Assembly: GCA_964057225.1 (NCBI GenBank)
Contig: OZ059898.1
Coordinates: 3,224,001-3,288,000, forward strand
Direction: 5' to 3'
DNA from: Auanema rhodensis
Taxonomy: Eukaryota; Animalia; Nematoda
DNA length: 64,000 nt
Part shown: piece by piece, positions 43,601 to 56,900 of the stretch
How the letters are laid out: every line of letters starts with the position of its first letter
How positions within the stretch are numbered: the stretch's first letter is position 1
Notes under the pieces: model-generated
Seen by the model: the letters and a program-made list of their open reading frames with translations, nothing else
Database searches by the model: none
What the model was told of the DNA's origin: nothing
Program-made: the position numbers and the translations under genes

Positions 43601-44552
43601 AAGCGTTTCTTAATGTAGTATAGTGCATTCGATCCGGATTTTTAAGCTGCGTCGATCTGTGTTATCAGATTTGCGCTAGCTTAAAAATGCACCGAGATAT
43701 CAACTGATATAAGTTCACACTTATATCCTCGATTTTCACCCTGAAGAATTAATTTTTTCGTTGAATAACATTGTCTATCGTCTTTGCCTTGAGAAATGGA
43801 ATCTAAAAACATCTACTTTTTGCTAAATTATTTTGAAATTTTTCGAAAAAATTTTTGTCAAAATGTTTTTGGAAGCAATGTTGAGTGTACATGGAAACTC
43901 AACATACACTAATGCATCATTTTTCAAACGATCATAACTAATTTTTGTATCAAGCGTTTCTCAATGTAATATAGTGCATTCGATGCGGATTTTTAAGCTG
44001 CGTCGATCTGTGTTATCAGATTTGCGCTAGCTTAAAAATGCACCGAGATATCAACTGATATAAGTTCACACTTATATCCTCGATTTTCACCCTGAAGAAA
44101 TAATTTTTTCGTTGAATAACATTGTCCATCGTCTTTGCCTTGAAAAAAGGAATCTAAAAACATCTACTTTTTGCTAAATTATTTTGAAATTTTTCGAAAA
44201 AATTTTTGTCAAAATTTTTTGGAAGCAATGTTGAGTGTACATGGAAACTCAACATACACTAATGCATCATTTTTCAAACGATCATAACTAATTTTTGTAT
44301 CAAGCGTTTTTCAATGTAGTATAGTGCATTCGATGCGGATTTTTAAGCTGCGTCGATCTGTGTTATCAGATTTGTGCTAGCTTAAAAATGCACCGAGATA
44401 TCAACTGATATAAGTTCACACTTATATCCTCGATTTTCACCCTGAAGAAATAATTTTTTCGTTGAATAACATTGTCCATCGTCTTTGCCTTGAAAAAAGG
44501 AATCTAAAAACATCTACTTTTTGCTAAATTATTTTGAAATTTTTCGAAAAAA

Positions 44553-47500
44553 GTTTTGTCAAAATGTTTTTGGAAGCAATGTTGAGTGTACATGGAAACT
44601 CAACATACACTAATGCATCATTTTTCAAACGATCATAACTAATTTTTGTATCAAGCGTTTCTCAATGTAGTATAGTGCATTCGATGCGGATTTTTAAGCT
44701 GCGTCGATCTGTGTTATCAGATTTGCGCTAGCTTAAAAATGCACCGAGATATCAACTGATATAAGTTCACACTTATATCCTCGATTTTCATCCTGAAGAA
44801 TTAATTTTCTCGTTGAATAACATTGTCCATCGTCTTTGCCTTGAAAAAAGGAATCTAAAAACATCTACTTTTTGCTAAATTATTTTGAAATTTTCCGAAA
44901 AAATTTTTGTCAAAATGTTTTTGGAAGCAATGTTGAGTGTACATGGAAACTCAACATACACTAATGCATCATTTTTCAAACGATCATAACTAATTTTTGT
45001 ATTAAGCGTTTTTCAATGTAGTGTAGTGCATTCGATGCGGATTTTTAAGCTGCGTCGATCTGTGTTATCAGATTTGCTCTAGCTTAAAAATGCACCGAGA
45101 TATCAACTGATATAAGTTCACACTTATATCCTCGATTTTCATCCTGAAGAATTAATTTTTTCGTTGAATAACATTGTCCATCGTCTTTGCCTTGAAAAAT
45201 CGAATCTAAAAACATCTACTTTTCGCTAAATTATTTTGAAATTTTTCGAAAAAATTTTTGTCAAAATGTTTTTGGAAGCAATGTTGAGTGTACATGGAAA
45301 CTCAACATACACTAATGCATCATTTTTCAAACGATCATAACTAATTTTTGTATCAAGCGTTTTTCAATGTAGTATAGTGCATTCGATGCGGATTTTTAAG
45401 CTGCGTCGATCTGTGTTATCAGATTTGCGCTAGCTTAAAAATGCACTGAGATATCAACTGATATAAATTCACACTTATATCCTCGATTTTCACCCTGAAG
45501 AAATAATTTTTTCGTTGAATAACATTGTCCATCGTCTTTGCCTTGAAAAAAGGAATCTAAAAACATCTACTTTTTGCTAAATTATTTTGAAATTTTTCGA
45601 AAAAAGTTTTGTCAAAATGTTTTTGGAAGCAATGTTGAGTGTACATGGAAACTCAACATACACTAATGCATCATTTTTCAAACGATCATAACTAATTTTT
45701 GTATCAAGCGTTTCTCAATGTAGTATAGTGCATTCGATGCGGATTTTTAAGCTGCGTCGATCTGTGTTATCAGATTTGCGCTAGCTTAAAAATGCACCGA
45801 GATATCAACTGATATAAGTTCACACTTATATCCTCGATTTTCATCCTGAAGAATTAATTTTCTCGTTGAATAACATTGTCCATCGTCTTTGCCTTGAAAA
45901 AAGGAATCTAAAAACATCTACTTTTTGCTAAATTATTTTGAAATTTTCCGAAAAAATTTTTGTCAAAATGTTTTTGGAAGCAATGTTGAGTGTACATGGA
46001 AACTCAACATACACTAATGCATCATTTTTCAAACGATCATAACTAATTTTTGTATTAAGCGTTTTTCAATGTAGTGTAGTGCATTCGATGCGGATTTTTA
46101 AGCTGCGTCGATCTGTGTTATCAGATTTGCTCTAGCTTAAAAATGCACCGAGATATCAACTGATATAAGTTCACACTTATATCCTCGATTTTCATCCTGA
46201 AGAATTAATTTTTTCGTTGAATAACATTGTCCATCGTCTTTGCCTTGAAAAATCGAATCTAAAAACATCTACTTTTCGCTAAATTATTTTGAAATTTTTC
46301 GAAAAAATTTTTGTCAAAATGTTTTTGGAAGCAATGTTGAGTGTACATGGAAACTCAACATACACTAATGCATCATTTTTCAAACGATCATAACTAATTT
46401 TTGTATCAAGCGTTTTTCAATGTAGTATAGTGCATTCGATGCGGATTTTTAAGCTGCGTCGATCTGTGTTATCAGATTTGCGCTAGCTTAAAAATGCACT
46501 GAGATATCAACTGATATAAATTCACACTTATATCCTCGATTTTCACCCTGAAGAAATAATTTTTTCGTTGAATAACATTGTCCATCGTCTTTGCCTTGAA
46601 AAAAGGAATCTAAAAACATCTACTTTTTGCTAAATTATTTTGAAATTTTTCGAAAAAAGTTTTGTCAAAATGTTTTTGGAAGCAATGTTGAGTGTACATG
46701 GAAACTCAACATACACTAATGCATCATTTTTCAAACGATCATAACTAATTTTTGTATCAAGCGTTTCTCAATGTAGTATAGTGCATTCGATGCGGATTTT
46801 TAAGCTGCGTCGATCTGTGTTATCAGATTTGCGCTAGCTTAAAAATGCACCGAGATATCAACTGATATAAGTTCACACTTATATCCTCGATTTTCATCCT
46901 GAAGAATTAATTTTCTCGTTGAATAACATTGTCCATCGTCTTTGCCTTGAAAAAAGGAATCTAAAAACATCTACTTTTTGCTAAATTATTTTGAAATTTT
47001 CCGAAAAAATTTTTGTCAAAATGTTTTTGGAAGCAATGTTGAGTGTACATGGAAACTCAACATACACTAATGCATCATTTTTCAAACGATCATAACTAAT
47101 TTTTGTATTAAGCGTTTTTCAATGTAGTGTAGTGCATTCGATGCGGATTTTTAAGCTGCGTCGATCTGTGTTATCAGATTTGCTCTAGCTTAAAAATGCA
47201 CCGAGATATCAACTGATATAAGTTCACACTTATATCCTCGATTTTCATCCTGAAGAATTAATTTTTTCGTTGAATAACATTGTCCATCGTCTTTGCCTTG
47301 AAAAATCGAATCTAAAAACATCTACTTTTCGCTAAATTATTTTGAAATTTTTCGAAAAAATTTTTGTCAAAATGTTTTTGGAAGCAATGTTGAGTGTACA
47401 TGGAAACTCAACATACACTAATGCATCATTTTTCAAACGATCATAACTAATTTTTGTATCAAGCGTTTTTCAATGTAGTATAGTGCATTCGATGCGGATT

Positions 47501-47711
47501 TTTAAGCTGCGTCGATCTGTGTTATCAGATTTGCGCTAGCTTAAAAATGCACTGAGATATCAACTGATATAAATTCACACTTATATCCTCGATTTTCACC
47601 CTGAAGAAATAATTTTTTCGTTGAATAACATTGTCCATCGTCTTTGCCTTGAAAAAAGGAATCTAAAAACATCTACTTTTTGCTAAATTATTTTGAAATT
47701 TTTCGAAAAAA
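44553..47711. repeat. Local higher-order repeat: 3 copies of a 3-monomer (1053-bp) unit
   Basis: Units start at 44553, 45606 and 46659. Each has the order [G-start, CGTTTCTC, CATC, TTCTC, TTCCG], [GTGTA, GCTCT, ATCG, TTCGC], [TATC, ACTG, AAAT]. Confidence 0.9.
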
Positions 47712-50364
47712 TTTTTGTCAAAATTTTTTGGAAGCAATGTTGAGTGTACATGGAAACTCAACATACACTAATGCATCATTTTTCAAACGATCATAACTAA
47801 TTTTTGTATCAAGCGTTTTTCAATGTAGTATAGTGCATTCGATGCGGATTTTTAAGCTGCGTCGATCTGTGTTATCAGATTTGCGCTAGCTTAAAAATGC
47901 ACCGAGATATCAACTGATATAAGTTCACACTTATATCCTCGATTTTCACCCTGAAGAATTAATTTTCTCGTTGAATAACATTGTCCATCGTCTTTGCCTT
48001 GAAAAAAGGAATCTAAAAACATCTACTTTTTGCTAAATTATTTTGAAATTTTTCGAAAAAAGTTTTGTCAAAATGTTTTTGGAAGCAATGTTGAGTGTAC
48101 ATGGAAACTCAACATACACTAATGCATCATTTTTCAAACGATCATAACTAATTTTTGTATTAAGCTTTTCTCAATGTAGTATAGTGCATTCGATGCGGAT
48201 TTTTAAGCTGCGTCGATCTGTGTTATCAGATTTGCGCTAGCTTAAAAATGCACCGAGATATCAACTGATATAAGTTCACACTTATATCCTCGATTTTCAC
48301 CCTGAAGAATTAATTTTTTCGTTGAATAACATTGTCTATCGTCTTTGCCTTGAGAAATGGAATCTAAAAACATCTACTTTTTGCTAAATTATTTTGAAAT
48401 TTTTCGAAAAAATTTTTGTCAAAATGTTTTTGGAAGCAATGTTGAGTGTACATGGAAACTCAACATACACTAATGCATCATTTTTCAAACGATCATAACT
48501 AATTTTTGTATCAAGCGTTTTTCAATGTAGTATAGTGCATTCGATGCGGATTTTTAAGCTGCGTCGATCTGTGTTATCAGATTTGTGCTAGCTTAAAAAT
48601 GCACCGAGATATCAACTGATATATGTTCACACTTATATCCTCGATTTTCACCCTGAAGAAATAATTTTTTCGTTGAATAACATTGTCCATCGTCTTTGCC
48701 TTGAAAAAAGGAATCTAAAAACATCTACTTTTTGCTAAATTATTTTGAAATTTTTCGAAAAAATTTTTGTCAAAATGTTTTTGGAAGCAATGTTGAGTGT
48801 ACATGGAAACTCAACATACACTAATGCATCATTTTTCAAACGATCATAACTAATTTTTGTATCAAGCGTTTCTTAATGTAGTATAGTGCATTCGATCCGG
48901 ATTTTTAAGCTGCGTCGATCTGTGTTATCAGATTTGCGCTAGCTTAAAAATGCACCGAGATATCAACTGATATAAGTTCACACTTATATCCTCGATTTTC
49001 ACCCTGAAGAATTAATTTTTTCGTTGAATAACATTGTCTATCGTCTTTGCCTTGAGAAATGGAATCTAAAAACATCTACTTTTTGCTAAATTATTTTGAA
49101 ATTTTTCGAAAAAATTTTTGTCAAAATGTTTTTGGAAGCAATGTTGAGTGTACATGGAAACTCAACATACACTAATGCATCATTTTTCAAACGATCATAA
49201 CTAATTTTTGTATCAAGCGTTTCTCAATGTAATATAGTGCATTCGATGCGGATTTTTAAGCTGCGTCGATCTGTGTTATCAGATTTGCGCTAGCTTAAAA
49301 ATGCACCGAGATATCAACTGATATAAGTTCACACTTATATCCTCGATTTTCACCCTGAAGAAATAATTTTTTCGTTGAATAACATTGTCCATCGTCTTTG
49401 CCTTGAAAAAAGGAATCTAAAAACATCTACTTTTTGCTAAATTATTTTGAAATTTTTCGAAAAAATTTTTGTCAAAATTTTTTGGAAGCAATGTTGAGTG
49501 TACATGGAAACTCAACATACACTAATGCATCATTTTTCAAACGATCATAACTAATTTTTGTATCAAGCGTTTTTCAATGTAGTATAGTGCATTCGATGCG
49601 GATTTTTAAGCTGCGTCGATCTGTGTTATCAGATTTGTGCTAGCTTAAAAATGCAATGAGATATCAACTGATATAAGTTCACACTTATATCCTCGATTTT
49701 CACCCTGAAGAAATAATTTTTTCGTTGAATAACATTGTCCATCGTCTTTGCCTTGAAAAAAGGAATCTAAAAACATCTACTTTTTGCTAAATTATTTTGA
49801 AATTTTTCGAAAAAAGTTTTGTCAAAATGTTTTTGGAAGCAATGTTGAGTGTACATGGAAACTCAACATACACTAATGCATCATTTTTCAAACGATCATA
49901 ACTAATTTTTGTATCAAGCGTTTCTCAATGTAGTATAGTGCATTCGATGCGGATTTTTAAGCTGCGTCGATCTGTGTTATCAGATTTGCGCTAGCTTAAA
50001 AATGCACCGAGATATCAACTGATATAAGTTCACACTTATATCCTCGATTTTCATCCTGAAGAATTAATTTTCTCGTTGAATAACATTGTCCATCGTCTTT
50101 GCCTTGAAAAAAGGAATCTAAAAACATCTACTTTTTGCTAAATTATTTTGAAATTTTCCGAAAAAATTTTTGTCAAAATGTTTTTGGAAGCAATGTTGAG
50201 TGTACATGGAAACTCAACATACACTAATGCATCATTTTTCAAACGATCATAACTAATTTTTGTATTAAGCTTTTCTCAATGTAGTATAGTGCATTCGATG
50301 CGGATTTTTAAGCTGCGTCGATCTGTGTTATCAGATTTGCGCTAGCTTAAAAATGCACTGAGAT

Positions 50365-53300
50365 ATCAACTGATATAAGTTCACACTTATATCCTCGATT
50401 TTCACCCTGAAGAATTAATTTTTTCGTTGAATAACATTGTCTATCGTCTTTGCCTTGAGAAATGGAATCTAAAAACATCTACTTTTTGCTAAATTATTTT
50501 GAAATTTTTCGAAAAAATTTTTGTCAAAATGTTTTTGGAAGCAATGTTGAGTGTACATGGAAACTCAACATACACTAATGCATCATTTTTCAAACGATCA
50601 TAACTAATTTTTGTATCAAGCGTTTTTCAATGTAGTATAGTGCATTCGATGCGGATTTTTAAGCTGCGTCGATCTGTGTTATCAGATTTGTGCTAGCTTA
50701 AAAATGCACCGAGATATCAACTGATATAAGTTCACACTTATATCCTCGATTTTCACCCTGAAGAAATAATTTTTTCGTTGAATAACATTGTCCATCGTCT
50801 TTGCCTTGAAAAAAAGAATCTAAAAACATCTACTTTTTGCTAAATTATTTTGAAATTTTTCGAAAAAATTTTTGTCAAAATTTTTTGGAAGCAATGTTGA
50901 GTGTACATGGAAACTCAACATACACTAATGCATCATTTTTCAAACGATCATAACTAATTTTTGTATCAAGCGTTTTTCAATGTAGTATAGTGCATTCGAT
51001 GCGGATTTTTAAGCTGCGTCGATCTGTGTTATCAGATTTGTGCTAGCTTAAAAATGCACCGAGATATCAACTGATATAAGTTCACACTTATATCCTCGAT
51101 TTTCACCCTGAAGAAATAATTTTTTCGTTGAATAACATTGTCCATCGTCTTTGCCTTGAAAAAAGGAATCTAAAAACATCTACTTTTTGCTAAATTATTT
51201 TGAAATTTTTCGAAAAAATTTTTGTCAAAATGTTTTTGGAAGCAATGTTGAGTGTACATGGAAACTCAACATACACTAATGCATCATTTTTCAAACGATC
51301 ATAACTAATTTTTGTATCAAGCGTTTCTTAATGTAGTATAGTGCATTCGATCCGGATTTTTAAGCTGCGTCGATCTGTGTTATCAGATTTGCGCTAGCTT
51401 AAAAATGCACCGAGATATCAACTGATATAAGTTCACACTTATATCCTCGATTTTCACCCTGAAGAATTAATTTTTTCGTTGAATAACATTGTCTATCGTC
51501 TTTGCCTTGAGAAATGGAATCTAAAAACATCTACTTTTTGCTAAATTATTTTGAAATTTTTCGAAAAAATTTTTGTCAAAATGTTTTTGGAAGCAATGTT
51601 GAGTGTACATGGAAACTCAACATACACTAATGCATCATTTTTCAAACGATCATAACTAATTTTTGTATCAAGCGTTTCTCAATGTAATATAGTGCATTCG
51701 ATGCGGATTTTTAAGCTGCGTCGATCTGTGTTATCAGATTTGCGCTAGCTTAAAAATGCACCGAGATATCAACTGATATAAGTTCACACTTATATCCTCG
51801 ATTTTCACCCTGAAGAAATAATTTTTTCGTTGAATAACATTGTCCATCGTCTTTGCCTTGAAAAAAGGAATCTAAAAACATCTACTTTTTGCTAAATTAT
51901 TTTGAAATTTTTCGAAAAAATTTTTGTCAAAATTTTTTGGAAGCAATGTTGAGTGTACATGGAAACTCAACATACACTAATGCATCATTTTTCAAACGAT
52001 CATAACTAATTTTTGTATCAAGCGTTTTTCAATGTAGTATAGTGCATTCGATGCGGATTTTTAAGCTGCGTCGATCTGTGTTATCAGATTTGTGCTAGCT
52101 TAAAAATGCACCGAGATATCAACTGATATAAGTTCACACTTATATCCTCGATTTTCACCCTGAAGAAATAATTTTTTCGTTGAATAACATTGTCCATCGT
52201 CTTTGCCTTGAAAAAAGGAATCTAAAAACATCTACTTTTTGCTAAATTATTTTGAAATTTTTCGAAAAAAGTTTTGTCAAAATGTTTTTGGAAGCAATGT
52301 TGAGTGTACATGGAAACTCAACATACACTAATGCATCATTTTTCAAACGATCATAACTAATTTTCGTATCAAGCGTTTCTCAATGTAGTATAGTGCATTC
52401 GATGCGGATTTTTAAGCTGCGTCGATCTGTGTTATCAGATTTGCGCTAGCTTAAAAATGCACCGAGATATCAACTGATATAAGTTCACACTTATATCCTC
52501 GATTTTCATCCTGAAGAATTAATTTTCTCGTTGAATAACATTGTCCATCGTCTTTGCCTTGAAAAAAGGAATCTAAAAACATCTACTTTTTGCTAAATTA
52601 TTTTGAAATTTTCCGAAAAAATTTTTGTCAAAATGTTTTTGGAAGCAATGTTGAGTGTACATGGAAACTCAACATACACTAATGCATCATTTTTCAAACG
52701 ATCATAACTAATTTTTGTATTAAGCGTTTTTCAATGTAGTGTAGTGCATTCGATGCGGATTTTTAAGCTGCGTCGATCTGTGTTATCAGATTTGCTCTAG
52801 CTTAAAAATGCACCGAGATATCAACTGATATAAGTTCACACTTATATCCTCGATTTTCATCCTGAAGAATTAATTTTTTCGTTGAATAACATTGTCCATC
52901 GTCTTTGCCTTGAAAAATCGAATCTAAAAACATCTACTTTTCGCTAAATTATTTTGAAATTTTTCGAAAAAATTTTTGTCAAAATGTTTTTGGAAGCAAT
53001 GTTGAGTGTACATGGAAACTCAACATACACTAATGCATCATTTTTCAAACGATCATAACTAATTTTTGTATCAAGCGTTTTTCAATGTAGTATAGTGCAT
53101 TCGATGCGGATTTTTAAGCTGCGTCGATCTGTGTTATCAGATTTGCGCTAGCTTAAAAATGCACCGAGATATCAACTGATATAAGTTCACACTTATATCC
53201 TCGATTTTCACCCTGAAGAATTAATTTTCTCGTTGAATAACATTGTCCATCGTCTTTGCCTTGAAAAAAGGAATCTAAAAACATCTACTTTTTGCTAAAT

Positions 53301-53925
53301 TATTTTGAAATTTTTCGAAAAAAGTTTTGTCAAAATGTTTTTGGAAGCAATGTTGAGTGTACATGGAAACTCAACATACACTAATGCATCATTTTTCAAA
53401 CGATCATAACTAATTTTTGTATTAAGCTTTTCTCAATGTAGTATAGTGCATTCGATGCGGATTTTTAAGCTGCGTCGATCTGTGTTATCAGATTTGCGCT
53501 AGCTTAAAAATGCACCGAGATATCAACTGATATAAGTTCACACTTATATCCTCGATTTTCATCCTGAAGAATTAATTTTCTCGTTGAATAACATTGTCCA
53601 TCGTCTTTGCCTTGAAAAAAGGAATCTAAAAACATCTACTTTTTGCTAAATTATTTTGAAATTTTCCGAAAAAATTTTTGTCAAAATGTTTTTGGAAGCA
53701 ATGTTGAGTGTACATGGAAACTCAACATACACTAATGCATCATTTTTCAAACGATCATAACTAATTTTTGTATCAAGCGTTTTTCAATGTAGTATAGTGC
53801 ATTCGATGCGGATTTTTAAGCTGCGTCGATCTGTGTTATCAGATTTGCGCTAGCTTAAAAATGCACCGAGATATCAACTGATATAAGTTCACACTTATAT
53901 CCTCGATTTTCACCCTGAAGAATTA
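50365..53925. repeat. ~10-monomer block duplicate of ~35280-38840 (offset 15085)
   Basis: Same ordered series of monomer haplotypes, anchored by the rare AAAAAAAGAATC variant at 35730 and 50815. Confidence 0.82.
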
Positions 53926-56900
53926 ATTTTCTCGTTGAATAACATTGTCCATCGTCTTTGCCTTGAAAGAAGGAATCTAAAAACATCTACTTTTTGCTAA
54001 ATTATTTTGAAATTTTCCGAAAAAATTTTTGTCAAAATGTTTTTGGAAGCAATGTTGAGTGTACATGGAAACTCAACATACACTAATGCATCATTTTTCA
54101 AACGATCATAACTAATTTTTGTATTAAGCGTTTTTTAATGTAGTATAGTGCATTCGATGCGGATTTTTAAGCTGCGTCGATCTGTGTTATCAGATTTGCG
54201 CTAGCTTAAAAATGCACCGAGATATCAACTGATATAAGTTCACACTTATATCCTCGATTTTCATCCTGAAGAATTAATTTTCTCGTTGAATAACATTGTC
54301 TATCGTCTTTGCCTTGAGAAATGGAATCTAAAAACATCTACTTTTTGCTAAATTATTTTGAAATTTTTCGAAAAAATTTTTGTCAAAATGTTTTTGGAAG
54401 CAATGTTGAGTGTACATGGAAACTCAACATACACTAATGCATCATTTTTCAAACGATCATAACTAATTTTTGTATCAAGCGTTTCTCAATGTAATATAGT
54501 GCATTCGATGCGGATTTTTAAGCTGCGTCGATCTGTGTTATCAGATTTGCGCTAGCTTAAAAATGCACCGAGATATCAACTGATATAAGTTCACACTTAT
54601 ATCCTCGATTTTCACCCTGAAGAAATAATTTTTTCGTTGAATAACATTGTCCATCGTCTTTGCCTTGAAAAAAGGAATCTAAAAACATCTACTTTTTGCT
54701 AAATTATTTTGAAATTTTTCGAAAAAATTTTTGTCAAAATGTTTTTGGAAGCAATGTTGAGTGTACATGGAAACTCAACATACACTAATGCATCATTTTT
54801 CAAACGATCATAACTAATTTTTGTATCAAGCGTTTCTTAATGTAGTATAGTGCATTCGATCCGGATTTTTAAGCTGCGTCGATCTGTGTTATCAGATTTG
54901 CGCTAGCTTAAAAATGCACCGAGATATCAACTGATATAAGTTCACACTTATATCCTCGATTTTCACCCTGAAGAATTAATTTTTTCGTTGAATAACATTG
55001 TCTATCGTCTTTGCCTTGAGAAATGGAATCTAAAAACATCTACTTTTTGCTAAATTATTTTGAAATTTTTCGAAAAAATTTTTGTCAAAATGTTTTTGGA
55101 AGCAATGTTGAGTGTACATGGAAACTCAACATACACTAATGCATCATTTTTCAAACGATCATAACTAATTTTTGTATCAAGCGTTTCTCAATGTAATATA
55201 GTGCATTCGATGCGGATTTTTAAGCTGCGTCGATCTGTGTTATCAGATTTGCGCTAGCTTAAAAATGCACCGAGATATCAACTGATATAAGTTCACACTT
55301 ATATCCTCGATTTTCACCCTGAAGAAATAATTTTTTCGTTGAATAACATTGTCCATCGTCTTTGCCTTGAAAAAAGGAATCTAAAAACATCTACTTTTTG
55401 CTAAATTATTTTGAAATTTTTCGAAAAAATTTTTGTCAAAATTTTTTGGAAGCAATGTTGAGTGTACATGGAAACTCAACATACACTAATGCATCATTTT
55501 TCAAACGATCATAACTAATTTTTGTATCAAGCGTTTTTCAATGTAGTATAGTGCATTCGATGCGCATTTTTAAGCTGCGTCGATCTGTGTTATCAGATTT
55601 GCGCTAGCTTAAAAGTGCACCGAGATATCAACTGATATAAGTTCACACTTATATCCTCGATTTTCACCCTGAAGAAATAATTTTTTCGTTGAATAACATT
55701 GTCCATCGTCTTTGCCTTGAAAAAAGGAATCTAAAAACATCTACTTTTTGCTAAATTATTTTGAAATTTTTCGAAAAAATTTTTGTCAAAATGTTTTTGG
55801 AAGCAATGTTGAGTGTACATGGAAACTCAACATACACTAATGCATCATTTTTCAAACGATCATAACTAATTTTTGTATCAAGCGTTTCTTAATGTAGTAT
55901 AGTGCATTCGATCCGGATTTTTAAGCTGCGTCGATCTGTGTTATCAGATTTGCGCTAGCTTAAAAATGCACCGAGATATCAACTGATATAAGTTCACACT
56001 TATATCCTCGATTTTCACCCTGAAGAAATAATTTTTTCGTTGAATAACATTGTCCATCGTCTTTGCCTTGAAAAAAGGAATCTAAAAACATCTACTTTTT
56101 GCTAAATTATTTTGAAATTTTTCGAAAAAATTTTTGTCAAAATTTTTTGGAAGCAATGTTGAGTGTACATGGAAACTCAACATACACTAATGCATCATTT
56201 TTCAAACGATCATAACTAATTTTTGTATCAAGCGTTTTTCAATGTAGTATAGTGCATTCGATGCGCATTTTTAAGCTGCGTCGATCTGTGTTATCAGATT
56301 TGCGCTAGCTTAAAAGTGCACCGAGATATCAACTGATATAAGTTCACACTTATATCCTCGATTTTCACCCTGAAGAAATAATTTTTTCGTTGAATAACAT
56401 TGTCCATCGTCTTTGCCTTGAAAAAAGGAATCTAAAAACATCTACTTTTTGCTAAATTATTTTGAAATTTTTCGAAAAAAGTTTTGTCAAAATGTTTTTG
56501 GAAGCAATGTTGAGTGTACATGGAAACTCAACATACACTAATGCATCATTTTTCAAACGATCATAACTAATTTTTTTATCAAGCGTTTCTCAATGTAGTA
56601 TAGTGCATTCGATGCAGATTTTTAAGCTGCGTCGATCTGTGTTATCAGATTTGCGCTAGCTTAAAAATGCACCGAGATATCAACTGATATAAGTTCACAC
56701 TTATATCCTCGATTTTCACCCTGAAGAAATAATTTTTTCGTTGAATAACATTGTTCATCGTCTTTGCCTTGAAAAAAGGAATCTAAAAACATCTACTTTT
56801 TGCTAAATTATTTTGAAATTTTTCGAAAAAAGTTTTGTCAAAATGTTTTTGGAAGCAATGTTGAGTGTACATGGAAACTCAACATACACTAATGCATCAT

